A DNA stretch of 64,000 nucleotides from the human T2T-CHM13v2.0 reference genome, Homo sapiens, in assembly GCF_009914755.1 (NCBI RefSeq), contig NC_060934.1, one strand, 5' to 3'. The position numbers were made by a program, and so were the translations under genes. The first letter of the stretch is position 1. Each line of letters starts with the position of its first letter. Shown here piece by piece: positions 1-13,133 of the stretch. A model generated the notes under the pieces. That model saw only the letters and a program-made list of their open reading frames with translations, ran no database searches and was not told where the DNA came from.

Positions 1-64
1 CACCAAGAGGCAGCGCCTTCCAAATCAAATGTTCCATGGAAATACTCTAAAATTTCTTAGTGAC

Positions 65-135
65 CAGTGAACTTAGCACATAACTTGGCACATGGCATGC
101 ACTCCATAAATATTTGTTGAATGATGAATTAATGC
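65..135 (+). mobile_element. L2 3' end fragment
   Basis: TTAGCACA..TGGCACAT..ATAAATATTTGTTGAATGA resembles the L2 3' terminus. Confidence 0.6.
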
Positions 136-1004
136 ATTTAACTGACATGCAGACCAATAGAATCTTCTTGGCTAAAACCCACCTTTTCTATTTTACTTTT
201 TAAGGAAAATATTGAGCCTATTTTCAGCCATCCCATAGCCTAACTCTATGCAGACTGAGGGTGGATTTTTTTAGTCATAATAAATGGCAACTTTGCCAAC
301 TGTACATTAATATTCAAAGCATATGAATTTTCTTGCAAGCAGCAGCATCAACAGAATATCTTCATGGCTGACTCACTAGAGAGCTCTGTCTCAAAATATT
401 ACTTGCAGAATTGTTGCTACAATCTTAGCTGAGATTATTAACAGTTGAAGAAATTGAAGACATACTACCTCTCTCTACTTTTCTATGAATTCCAAGTTCT
501 ATTCTCAGACCAGATAAAACCAATAGATGACTATTTACCTGAATCTCATTACTTAATATCCTGTACATATGTCTTCACTGAGCTTTTCTGTTACACCTCT
601 GAAGTTTATTAATAGTATTAGGCATGACCTTTATATAGGGCATGCTATTGAATATTTTGTAAAAAAAAATCCATGTTCAAAAACATTTTTTGTTGTGAAA
701 TATCTCTTATATAAGAACCTGCTGTACAAATTCTTTTTAGAAAATGAATGAGCGTCCTTCGTTCTATTATAAAACGAAATTTATTTGACTGACTGAATTT
801 CCTTTTTACTCCTGAGTGATGGAAAGCTTGAAACTTAAGTTAATGTCCTTTTACAGTAGCACATATTAGCTTGGGTTCTTAAGGGAATATATGCTTCCTA
901 TCACCATGACTTTTATTTTAAATTTCTATTTTAATAATATGTTTTCTAGATTTTTTTTGTAAGCCATCTATAATCTTACTTGGAAGCAAGAAGTACTAGA
1001 AAGC

Positions 1005-1215
1005 AGTTTAGGTAGTTTAGAAAAAATGCACACTCAAACTCTCTGTGTTCAAATCCTAGCTCCATTGCTTCTCAGCTGCTATCTTGACATTTTGTTTAAT
1101 CTTTCAATGCCTCTTTTTCTTATCGATAAAGTGGGAACAAAAATAGGCCCCATCTCATAAGTTTATTGGCAGGATTATATCAGTTAATGTTTAGTATAGT
1201 GCTTGGCAAATCATA
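1005..1215 (+). mobile_element. MIR SINE
   Basis: GTTCAAATCCTAGCTCC B-box region plus a degenerate GCCTC..TAAAGTGGG core. Confidence 0.75.
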
Positions 1216-1459
1216 ACTGAAAAGAAATATTAGGTATATTTCAAAACTAAGGAATGTGACAAATAATAAGTAGGATATAATCATTATGAAGAATAAACTG
1301 ATAAAGAATCGATATAGCTAAAAATTAAATGTGCAGTTTTCTCACTTCCAAAACTAACATACCAATTTTTTGTAGGATTGTGATTTGCCCAGGCCTGTGT
1401 TCTAGTAGCAGATATGCAATGAGGGAGGGTACGTTCAGGGCAGGTTTCATGCAACCTTT

Positions 1460-2860
1460 AATTTATTCAGTGTCTATTATGTTCTTCACATGATGCTGTG
1501 GGCTGTGGGGATACAGAAATAAACAAAACAAAGTCTTAGCCAAATGGATAACTTTCTAGGTTTAAGGCGGTCTAAGAGAAAAAGGTTAACTTCAGGGAGA
1601 AATAAAATCCAAACCTCAGAGAATGCTAATATAGAGTAATTCCAAGAGAAATTATGTGACCTGGAACTTCCACTTCCAGCTGAGATAGAATTACAAGAAA
1701 CAGAATTACCCTCTTGACTTAAACAACTGAAAACCTGGACAAAATATACAAGACGTTTCAAATCTTTGACAACAGCCAGCACAGTGCTGTGATCACTGAG
1801 AAAAGAAAAACAAACTTCTCCAACGTATTGCCTGGAAGTCGTTCCTAAGTTATAGCCAATGTACAGAATGCTATAGGAGGATATAATAAAGAGATCTATT
1901 TTTTTTCCTGGGAGTCATGAAAGGCCTCCTTGAGGAAATGATGTTTATGCTGAGACTTGAAAGATTTAGTTATTCACTCAGCAAGTACTGTTGAGCATCT
2001 GTGCATTGATTGTTCTAAGTGCTAGGTGGCACAGTTAAACAAGAAAGACAAGGTAGGTACTTGCTCTCACGGAGCTTATTTTCTGGTGGATGAATAAGAG
2101 ATAAGCAGGACAAGTTGGCTAAGGGTAAAAGAATGTTCCAGACTGAAGAAAGAGAAGGTTCAATGACCCACAAGTTGAAGAGATCCTAGTGTATCCTAGT
2201 GATTAGACATTTAGTTTGATTAGAATGAAAATAGGAGTTTGTGGTTGAGGAGTTATGACTAAACTGGAGAATGATGCAGGGATCAGAGCATGCAACAGGT
2301 TATAGGCCATGTTAAGAATGTGATGCTTTATCATAATGATAATGGGAAGCCACTGATGTTTTTTAAACAAACAAGAGATCGAATCAATTTTGTATAATTA
2401 AAACATTACTCTGGCTCCAAGTCAAGAATGAGTTGGAATGGGCTAGAAGCAAGGAGATCATTTAGGAAGCTAATGCAAATGCCCCAATAAACGATTATAG
2501 AGACTGGATTACAGTATAAAGATGAGTGAGAGAGACTGGAGGATAGATTAAATATCTGGCAAGAGAGGAAAGGGAAAGAGGGAAGTCAAGAATGACTTCA
2601 CTGTTTCTATGTCTAGCAACTGGGAGAAGAACGATGTCCTTTATCAAAGAGATAATTCTAAAGAAGGAGCATATTGGGAGGAAGACAAAATAAATCCAAC
2701 TTTGATAACATTACACTTGACATGCCTGTGAAATATCCTAGTGGAGCTGTCAATGTGGTGAATACACACGTCTAGAGCTCAGGAGGAGAGTGCCAGCAAG
2801 ATATGGGAGTTTTTACCATGTAAATGGTATAGAAGTCATGGATGCAGATAAAAGAAGCCC
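1460..2860 (-). mobile_element. L2 fragments (interrupted)
   Basis: Antisense L2 motifs ATTTATTCAGTG, TGGGAAGCCACTGA and GACATGCCTGTGAAATATCC; a second L2 tail at ~1965. Confidence 0.75.
1665..1845 (+). mobile_element. Old L1M 5' end fragment inside L2
   Basis: ACTTCC..AAACAACTGAAAACCTGGACAAAATATA resembles L1MC/ME 5' termini. Confidence 0.55.
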
Positions 2861-3466
2861 TGTCACACCATGGTACATGTAAGTATACTATTTATTTCTT
2901 ACTTGTCTGTATGCTCAGTAGTTTGTTTTAAGGTGTTTCACACATATCTGCATGCTGTAAGAGATGCTCCTAGTCTGTGATTTCCTATATACTACTTCTG
3001 TTTCTTTGTAGCTTCTAGAATAAGCCTCTATACACAATACATACACTATAAACATTTTCAACAGAGAAACCAGAAAACACTACTCTTGTTCCAGCTGGTG
3101 TCTGGTGAGGACGCACTTTTTCCTCCCTTACAGGTATAGCATTCCACATTTGAGGCAATGGATTTCTTAGGAATTACAGGAATTTTGAAGGATTTTTTTT
3201 TCCTACCATGATGTGTATCCTGGCAAAATAAATATGCATTCTCTTATTGGAGCAGGCAGCCAGGAATGTAGAGCTCTGGGAAATCCCTGAAGTAATGAGC
3301 TCTGCAGTGTAAAGACCCATGTGAATCATTTTCAGGCACAAGTTGATTGAGCTTGTCCCTAAATTAGAAATGGTTTTATGGAGCAAACATTTGTGGCGTT
3401 GGTGGACCTCAAGAAAACAGACTTACAGTTGACAGTTTTTTAGTTAATACTGGGAAACAACAGTTG

Positions 3467-3473
3467 GTGTGCA

Positions 3474-3513
<40 letters not shown>
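3467..3513. repeat. (TG)n microsatellite
   Basis: Directly visible. Confidence 0.97.
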
Positions 3514-3514
<1 letters not shown>

Positions 3515-5444
3515 TGTGTTTCTGCAGAATCCTACTCCACCAGGGAACATGAGTTTTACATTACAGTTGTTTGCCTTTCTGTACATGACTTTGCCTTCAG
3601 TCTTTCACTTGCTGAAGCTGCAGTGCTGCTCTATTCTGATGTTACTTCAGTGCAGCTGGAGGCATGTCTTTTGGCAAGGTTCTGTGTTTATTATAATCTC
3701 TGTGATGTAAATTTCTTCTTTAACTTTCTCTTAAAATACTTAGAATTATGAATGTGATTTTAATTAGGGATTTCAAATAGAAACATTTCCTTTTTCTTAA
3801 GACAGTTTTCAGTTAGAATATTTTAGGGTTTTGAGAAATACCAGATCCCCAACTCAAAAAGTACACAAAATAATCATCAGTTACTCCTTTAGGTTGCCAC
3901 GGTGTGGCTGAGGTTGCAGGGCATGGATTTGAGTTATAGTCACAACTAAGTATCCTGCAACTCTTTTTTGCCCCCTTCAAATACCTACAACCTATTCACA
4001 GATTTGGAAAACCTTTACTACATCACATCATGGGTATTTTTCCTTTATGTAAACTCATGCCTGTTAGGGTTAGGTCTTGCTCCAGGCCTGGCATTTCAGT
4101 TCAGATACTGTTTTTGCCTCTTTTAGACTTGTGACTTTGTCACTTAGCCTCTATGAATCTCAGGAGCTTCATATGTGTAACTCAGATGTCCTGCTCTCAC
4201 CAGGTGCAAAATGAATATTCAAAATTAAATGACTCCATATGCCCTGCTTCCTTTTGATTATCAAGTATATATAAATTAATATGCTTATTTTTACATGGAA
4301 ATGACTCTGCAGAGCCATTACAGAACCCAAGTAACAAGTGTTGCCCCAGAGGTGAACTGAAGATGAGAAGGAGACTTATTTTGCACTGCATATCCTTTTG
4401 TACCATTGGAGGTTTTTTCCATGTTTAAATATGACTTTGTTAAAAACAAAGAAGCAAAATCAATATGAATAAAAGCCCCCATCTTGTGAACTGTGAGAAA
4501 TTTTATTTTCTTAGTTTGTTTTGTCAGGTATTCCTAAGATTGCTTTCCCAGTCCTAATTGGTTAATCCTCTCTACTATCAATGGGAAGTCTGCCATGCCA
4601 GCAAAGGATGTAAACCCTGCTGCTGTTGCTGCTCTCTCTATCCCATAGCGTTGTTCCTCTATTTGAGGACAGCTCTCAGGACCCAATAATCCCTGCCCAG
4701 AAGTATAGCTTTGTTTGCTTCCAGATCTGGGCCTTCACCCTCCTTTCTCTATAGTCTCTGGCCTCAGCACAGGCTGCAAGCAGCTGTGCAGGAAGAACAT
4801 AGAATGATGAATTCATAGAATTAGCAGGGCTTTTGGGAGGTTTATTCTTGCTGGAAGCAGTTGGCTCTGTTCTTATGGGTAGGGATTCCACGGCTTCCCT
4901 TGGTAGATCAAGTCCAGTCAAGTCATTCCTTCCTACACTGGCAATATACATTTCAGTCAATGACATGGATGAAGGTAGGGGTTGCACATATGACAGGAAG
5001 TTGGGAGGGATGTGCTAAGTAATAAAGTCAGGATCCAAAACTATCTGAACAGGCTGCAACCAAATTAAATATAGCAAGATGGGCCTAAATACACATATAG
5101 CTAAATGATTGGTTACTTGATGGGAAGAGATGTTTGCATATCAGTGTGGATGAAAGATAAACTAGGATTTTAGGTGACAGTGAAGGTACTAACAAAACAT
5201 TAATGCTTAGGATGTTTTCGAATAATAATATAGAATGAGAACTGTGATAATTCCATCCAATTAGACCATATATAACTATTGCTTTCTATATCAACATATT
5301 ACTTTTGAGAGAGACAATAATAAACTGCACTTATAGGAGAACAATCAAAATGGAGAAGAACCCGAAATCACTGTGATGATGTTTAGTTATGACAGCTAGC
5401 CTTTGTTTACCAGTTTCTATGTACCAAACATTCTCTTGAGTGCT

Positions 5445-6422
5445 TATACTAGTTTTTGTTGCATAACTGTGTAGATTACATTATTTTTTAGTAAATATTC
5501 ACTCCTCCCTCCCCTGCATCCATTGGAAGTGTATACTTTTCCACCCCATTTGATGTTGAATGTGGCTATGTGACTTGTTTTGGGCTCATGGTTGGCAGAG
5601 TTTACTTCCCCTCCTCTGGACTTTGGACTTAGCACAGGACTTTCTGTGACCAATGGTAAGCTAGCAGAGGTGACAGGCAAAAGCCCAGCTTTTTGTGTGT
5701 CTTCTTAGTTGGCTTTTCCCTCCTACACTCCTGCCTTTCTCCATTAGATAAGCATGCCTTGGGTAGCTGCTAGTCTGAGTAAGAAGGGGCATATTTGGAG
5801 CAGACCCAGAACCGATCAGCAGCCTTTGGAGTGAATTCCAGCCAAGATCATTCTAGATCAGTTGAACCTCAGCCAACCTGTAGACAAGGGAGCTAGGAAT
5901 AAATGTTTATTGTTGAAGACTATTGAGTTTGGGGGAGTTTGCTATGCAGCACTATTGTGGCAATAATTGATTAATATACTAACAGACAACCTCAAAGTCT
6001 CGATGACTTACAACAATATTTTTTTTTTCTCAAAAGTCATGAGTCAGTTGCGGCTCTGCTGGATATGGCTGAAATAGGCTAGGCTTGGCTTCAGATTGTA
6101 AACTGGGTTCGAATCAGCTTTGTGTGCTTTCTTATTTTCCTTGTACTAGTGACTCTCTGGGGCATGTTCTTATAGAAGATCATTAGAGTGTAAGAGACTA
6201 GAAAACCATGCAAGTATGTTTAAAGTTTTTCATTATATCACTTCTGCTAACATTCCATTGGGTAGAGCAAGTCATTTGGCTAAACCCAACATCAATGAGA
6301 CAGGAAAGTATGTTCTACTCACAGTGGCAGGCCCAGCATAGTGGCAAAGAGGATAAATGTAAAATATTTTAACACAGAGAGTTTATGGGAAGTTCAGAAC
6401 AATGACTGTCTAATCTAGCCCA
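5445..6422 (-). mobile_element. MLT1 (MLT1H-like) MaLR solo LTR
   Basis: CATTCCATTGG..GCAAGTCATTTGGCTAAACCCAACATCAATG motif; perfect 5-bp TSD GTGCT at 5440-5444 and 6423-6427. Confidence 0.8.
5468..5978 (+). mobile_element. MLT1 (MLT1G-like) solo LTR nested in the MLT1H-like LTR
   Basis: TG start, TGTGGCTATGTGACTTG motif, AATAAA, TAATA(C/T)A end; TSD ATAAC/CTAAC. Confidence 0.8.
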
Positions 6423-7148
6423 GTGCTCTACACGAATTATTTATCTATTTCTTTACAACAATACTATGGAATAAACACAATTTCCCTATTACAGTTTGGG
6501 GAACTGAGATACAGAGGAGATAATAACTATGCAAATATCACAGTATTAGCAGGTTGTTGTTATAAGATTTGAACCTTCAGAGTATGATGCCGAAGATTGT
6601 ATACTTTATCAGTCTGATTCACCTCCGCCCAAACATGTCCTGTGATCAATGTTTAAAGCAATAAGAGCAGTTTTGCATGGAGAGGAAAAGCCATATGTTG
6701 ACCATCTTCCTAGCTCTGAAGGGCTATCATATGGAAGAGAGAGACAAGATTTGTTTTATTTGTTGTAAAAATGTGGTACCCTTGGTAGAGGTAGTGGGTT
6801 GAGAGATCAAAGGAATATACATTTTGGCACAATTTAAAAAAAAACTTTTTTAACAGTAAAAACTTCTCAATGATGGCTTGTATCCAAGTAAATACCTAGG
6901 TGACCACAAGGCATGGGTGTTATAAAGAAGATTCCAAAATCATATGGAAAATATGGTTAGCTTGAAAGATAGTTAAAACCTAAAATTCTTTCAGCCAAGA
7001 AACTTTATAATTCTATGAAAATTATTCTAAAAACATAGACATTCACTGTAAGTTAATAACAGCTTTTATTACAGTAGTAATAAAGCAGAGTTTTTCAATG
7101 TCCAAAATGGCTAGAAACTTTTAGAGCTAGCTAATAATTAAGAATCTT

Positions 7149-7449
<301 letters not shown>

Positions 7450-7453
<4 letters not shown>

Positions 7454-9502
7454 TAATCCTACAATGGCCTCTAAGTGTTTAAGTGAAAGAGTCACATGTT
7501 TCTCATTTTAAATCAAAAGCTCAAAACAATTAAGCTTAGTGAGAAAGGCATGTCTAAAGCTAAAGCTCAAAGCTAGGCCTCTTATACCAAACAGTTAGCC
7601 AACTTGTTAATGTAAAGAAAAAAGTTATTGAAGAAAATAGAAATTTCTACTCCAGTGAACACAGAAGTTATAAGAAAGCTCAACAACCTTATTACTGATA
7701 TGGAGAAAGATTTAGTGGTCTAGATAGGTCAAACCAGCCACAGAATTCCCTTAGGCAAAAGCCTAATCCAGAGCAAGGCCTTACCTCTCTTTAATTCTCT
7801 GAAGGCTGAGAGAGGTGAGGAAGCTGCTGAAGAAAAAGTTGGTTCATGAGGTTTAAGGAAAGAAGCTATCTCCAGAACATAAAAGTACCAGATTAAGCAA
7901 CAAGTCCTGATGTAGAAGCTGTACCAAGTTCTCCAGAAGATCTAGCCAAGGTAATTGTTGAAGGTGGCTACACTGAACAACAGATTTTCGACGTAGTTGA
8001 AACAGCCTTCTATTGGAAGAAAATGCCCTCTAGGACTTTCATAACTAGAGAGAAAAAGTCAATGCCTGGCTTCAAAGCTTCAAAGGATAGGCTGATTCTC
8101 TCGTTAGGGGCTAATGCAGCTGGACTTTAAGTTGAAACCAGTGCTCATTTACCATTTCAAAAATCTTAGGTTCTCTAAGATTTATGCAAAATCTACTCCA
8201 TCTGTGCTCTATAAGTGGAATGACAAAACCTGGATGACAGCACATCTGTTTACAGCATGGTTTACTCTAGCAGTCCTCAACCTTTTTGGCACCAGGGACT
8301 GGTTTTGTGGAAGACAATTTTTTCATGGATGGTGGAGGTAGTGGGGTGTTGGCGAGGAGGACGGTTTCAGGGTGAAACTGTTCCACCTCAGATCATCAGG
8401 CATTACTTAGATTCTCGTAAGGAGCACACAACCTAGATCCCTTGCAGAGATCCCTCTGACAGAGATGTACAAAGAGACTTGTGTTGTTTTTATGCCTGCT
8501 AACCCAGCATCCATTCTGAAGCCCATGGATCAAGGAGTAATTTGGACTTTCAAGTATTATTATTTAAGAAATACATTTTGTAAGGCCAGAACTGCCATAG
8601 GCAGTGATTCCTCTGATGGATCTAAGCAAAGCAAATTGAAAACCTATGGAAATGTTTCACCACTCTAGATGCCATTAAGAATATTTGTGATTCATGGGAG
8701 GAGGTCAAAATAGCAACATTAACAGGAGTTTAGAAGAAATTGATTCCAACCCTTATTGGTGACTTTTAGGGGTTCAAGACTTCAGTGGGGGAAGTAACTT
8801 CAGATGTGGTAGAAATAACAAAAGAACTGGAATTAGAAGTGGAGCCTGAATATGTGACTGAATTGCAACAACCTCATGATGAAACTTTAATGGATGAAGA
8901 ATTGATTCTCATGAATGAGCAGAGGGAGTGGTCTCTTGAGATGGAAACTATTCCTGGTGAAGATGCTCTGAACATTGTTGAAGTGACAGCAAAGTATTTA
9001 AAATATTACATAAGCTTAATAAAGCAACTGCAGAGTTTGACTTTAATTTTGAAAGAAATTCTACTGTGGGTAAAATGCTATCAAGCAGCATCATGTGCTA
9101 CAGAGAAAACTTTCATGAAAAGAAGAGTTGACCAATATGGCAAACTTCACTGCTGTCTTATCTTAAGAAATTGCCACAGCCACTTCAACCTACAACCACC
9201 ACCACCTTGATTAGTCAGCATTTGTCAACATAGAGACAAGGCCCTCCACTAGTACAGACATTACAACTCACTGAAGTTTCAGGTGATTGTCAGCATTTTT
9301 TGCCACTAAAGTTTTTTTTTAATTAATGTATGTACTTTTTAAAGACATAATGCCATTTCATACTTAATACACTATAGTACAGTATAAACAGAATGTTTAT
9401 ATGCACTGTGAAACCAAAAACCTCATATGACTTGCTTTATTGAGATATTCACTTTATTTTGGTGGTCTAGGACCAAACCTGTGTATCTCTGAGGCAGGTC
9501 TC
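7450..9502 (+). mobile_element. Tigger1 DNA transposon, left end missing, transposase disrupted
   Basis: ORF fragments 8114-8341, 8465-8668 (PMDQGVI motif) and 8785-9210 match a pogo/Tigger DDE transposase; Tigger1 right terminus near 9502. Confidence 0.92.
8268..8446. mobile_element. MER1B (hAT-Charlie MITE), truncated, inside Tigger1
   Basis: CAACCTTTTTGGCACCAGGGAC..GAAACTGTTCCACCTCAGATCATCAGGCATT. Confidence 0.88.
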
Positions 9503-10839
9503 CATCCAAATTACTTTCATCTCTGTTACTATGGTGAAATCTGGAGACAGTATAAAATCTGAAAGGTGTTGAAAGTTTAGATGAAGGGCCAGCTATTGAA
9601 AAACAAACACCCTCTTAGTATCCATATTATCTGCCAAAAAATTCATAGTCAATTTATGAGCATCTTTTTAAAACTTTAGGATGAAACAAAACTAAAAATT
9701 TCTTTTGAGGTATCAATATTAAGATACACAAAAATAAGAATTTTATAAAGATGTTTATATATGAGGTCTTAGTTCACCTCCCCTAAGACTATTTTTGCCA
9801 TAAATTCTCATATATTTCAGTTACAAATCTCCTGCCACATGGTTTTTCAAAAACAAGTGTGCAGAGGAAATACTGTAAATATTCATATATTGTAGCTATA
9901 TTCCAGATACATCCAAGACACATAAGGTAAAAACACCTTTGCTGGGATTAAATAAAAGGCATGCAAATCTAATCTAATAGAACATATTTAAAAATGTAAT
10001 TGCACTACTTTCACATATGCCAAAGTTCACAAAAATTTACAGTGCATCTATTATGTATAATGCCTTAACACTACAGCAACACAAAATGTCTAGCCAGGAA
10101 TTAAAGTGTTATTAAGAGACAGAGGAGATACATGCTAATGACTCAAATCAAGAGTGTAGTAAGGAAAGAGTGCCATAGAGAAGGCTCATGGCAAACGTTA
10201 GGAAGATTCAAAGGAGAGAGAGAAAAGAACTCACTAGGAGGAGCTTTGAGATTCACTGATTCAACAAAGAATCATGAAGTTCCTACCGTGTTAAAGGCTT
10301 AGTGCAAAATACTGGAATGGACTGATTGGTAAGCTAATCAGTAGTGGAGATAAAAATTGAGAGAATCGGAAAAGCATAAGACAAGAACAGAGTAAATGTC
10401 TTTAAAGTAGAGTAGGGCTGGTAGAGCTCTAGGAGAGCTTCCTCAATTCAACAGGGAACTGGAAGTCAGAATATTTATTAAACAGGAAGTGATAGGATGA
10501 ATCATGGGTCTGGCATTTCAATGGTATTATTTGCAATGAGTTATATGCATATGAAGATTAAATGATGTGGTCAGATCTTTCTCAATCTTTTGATTTCTGA
10601 AGAAGGCAAAGCAGACTTAATGGTTTTGGATCCTCTGTAAATTTATAGAGATAGTACAAAGGAATGCCTCAGAAGCTGTCACAAAAAGTCACAAAGTTGA
10701 AATGATTAATATACCAAACAATGAGTTTTCCTATATCACAAAACATCATCACCTCTGATCAATGGTCTTATAGAACACAAACATACAGTATTAGTTCATT
10801 TTTTCAGGTCAAGGCTAAGAACCATAATATCAACTTTAA

Positions 10840-11015
10840 TACTGACTAAATTCCAAGACTGGATCTCAGTTTATCTCAATTTCCTCAGGTCATTAACCTT
10901 CTTTATTTCTGCAGTGGGGAAAAAGATAATATGGCCTACTAGCTCCACTATTGTGTGAAAGAACTAAATAACACTGATGAAGAGGTCTAAGACATGGGAA
11001 GTGCTAAATTTAATT
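10840..11015 (+). mobile_element. MIR (degenerate)
   Basis: Degenerate core and a GTGCTAAATTTAATTATT 3' end. Confidence 0.5.
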
Positions 11016-11514
11016 ATTTACTATTAGCATCTCCTCTCCATGCAGATGTTTCTGGTTTTAAAAACGTGAACCATGTGGACAACGCAGGATCAGTGAGTCT
11101 AGTAAATGAGGAAGCAAGAAGGGTATACAGAGAAGCATTATGAAAGCCATAGGGCCAGAAAAGACAGAACATCCGAGGTGTAGGGGAGTTCAAAAGTAAA
11201 GTAGGATTAACCCAAGAAATACTCTCAGGGATGTGATTTGAAGAAAAACAATCTGGCAGACCAGACACTAACATAAAAGGCAAAAAGGGAGGAGGGACAG
11301 ACATAATGCAATATTAAAGACAAAGGGACAGCCTACCAAAGGAAAAATAAGAGAAGTTGCATGGGTGAGAGATGAAAAATGCATCTCCAAGAATTAGTTC
11401 AAATGTTTCCTTTGGAAAACAGGAAATGTAAGCCTTGGTGAAAACAATATGACACAGGAAGATAGAATTAAAGTAATTTAAAATGAAGATGTGAACGCAC
11501 ACCCTCAATAAGGT

Positions 11515-11735
11515 ACAGTTGTATACAGTACCCTAAAACTTAATGTATAATAATAATAATAAAATAAAAAATTAAAAATTAAAGAAAAGAAAGAATAAGA
11601 CCTACTATTAATATTTGATAGCACAATAATGTGACTATAGTCAATAATAATTGTATACCTTTAAATAACATAAAGAATGTAACTGGATCGTTTGTAACTC
11701 AAAGGATAAATGCTTGAGGGGATGAATACCACACC
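11515..11735 (+). mobile_element. Tiny L1PA 3' end with A-tail (11515-11580) joined to an L1MA 3'UTR fragment (11585-11735)
   Basis: GTACCCTAAAACTTAATGTATAATAA, then GAATAAGACCTACTAT..GGATAAATGCTTGAGGGGATG (same family as 36010-36725). Confidence 0.75.
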
Positions 11736-11758
11736 TGCAAAAGGGATAGGTTTTAAAA

Positions 11759-11761
<3 letters not shown>

Positions 11762-11800
<39 letters not shown>
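11762..11800. repeat. (CA)n microsatellite
   Basis: Directly visible. Confidence 0.97.
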
Positions 11801-11802
<2 letters not shown>

Positions 11803-12129
11803 CATGATAAGGTCTAAAGAAATCAGCCCTGAAGAAAACGGAGCAAATAGATCCTTTGTTATCTTGACATATAGTTTCCATAGAAATCTGACAGTGAATT
11901 TGATCACTTACATTCTCAAACTTAAGAAAATTGCTTCAGAATTAGTCTTAGGGTCACTATAAAGAAATCATCTTTACTGAAGGTGAAAAGGATACATATT
12001 TTTACCTGCTTATTGTTTAAAAACATAATAATTATAATTGACTATCCTAATTTTTGTACTAGGAAATTAAGAAAAAGATATCAGTGAGCTTCTATGAGAA
12101 AACAAACCATAATGGAATCAGATATCATC

Positions 12130-12272
12130 TCACCTCCTAATTACCTGTTTTGACCTTGAACAAGTCAATTAACTTCTCTGGGCTTCAGTTTTCTCATCTG
12201 TAAACCTCTGTTTAGGGATTGTATAAGTGAAGGTATGTTACGCACAAAGCTGGTACATGTTAAGTGCTCAAT
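12130..12272 (+). mobile_element. MIR
   Basis: GACCTTGAACAAGTC..CTTCAGTTTTCTCATCTGTAAA core. Confidence 0.8.
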
Positions 12273-12512
12273 TACCGTCTCCTTTCTCCCCAAACTGGCT
12301 GGCATAAAGACACTGAAAAACACATAATTCATTTATATATCAAAAGGTGTTTCTCAACAGCCCACAAGGCCTTAGTAAGTAAATATCTTGTTAACTTTGA
12401 ACATGCCATTTCTTCAACAAAAAACAAGGAATCATGGGAAACCAATTAAATTTGAGAATCTTTCAATTTGGAATTGCTTAAAAGCTATGTGAAAACTAGT
12501 AATTTAGTCCTA

Positions 12513-12660
<148 letters not shown>

Positions 12661-12828
12661 TAGAAGTCTCACCAGTGATACCAGTGTCAGATCAATCACT
12701 TTCTCTTTTAAAACAACATAGATTTTTTTTTCAGATTTTTTCTCTTGCCCCATTCCCAATAAAAAATGAACCAGTAGTGAAGTTGATTGAATCTTATAGA
12801 CTAGATTTTGCTTTGTTTTTTAAACTTT

Positions 12829-13133
12829 ATTTATTTATTTATTTTGGAAACAGGATCTCATTCTGTCACCCAGGTTGGGCTGACTGCAACCTCTGCACCC
12901 ATGGCTCAAGCGATCCTCCTACCTCAGCCTCCCGAGTAGCTGGGACCACAGGTATGTACCACCACGCCTGGCTTTTCTCTCTCTCTTTTCTTTTTTTTTT
13001 TTTTGTATTTTCAGTAGTGACAGAGTCTTGCCATTGTTGCCCAGGCTGGTCACAAACTCCTGGGCTCAAGCTGTCTGCCTGCCTTGGCTTCCCAAAGTGC
13101 TGGGATTACAGGCGTGAGCCACTGCACCCAGCC
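12829..13133 (-). mobile_element. AluJb with a small internal deletion
   Basis: Antisense Alu; TSD GTTTTTAAACTTT on both sides. Confidence 0.92.

Larger units (their letters stand above)
5385..6610 (-). mobile_element. MIR split by MLT1 (parts 5385-5444 and 6423-6610)
   Basis: Antisense MIR: TATGTACCAAACA..GTGCT continues as GTGCTCTACAC..GGAACTGAGATACAGAG..GATTTGAACC. Confidence 0.7.
4850..7015 (+). mobile_element. L3/CR1 LINE in two parts (~4850-5370 and ~6640-7015), split by nested MIR and MLT1s
   Basis: CR1-type motifs GGAAGTTGGGAGGGAT, CAGGATCCAAAA and CTGAAGGGCTATCATATGGAAGAG; ATTCTATGA-type 3' end. Confidence 0.65.

Noticed and set aside
8114-9210. Tigger transposase ORFs as a domesticated TIGD-like gene
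   Set aside because: Multiple stops and frameshifts, and the catalytic segment is deleted
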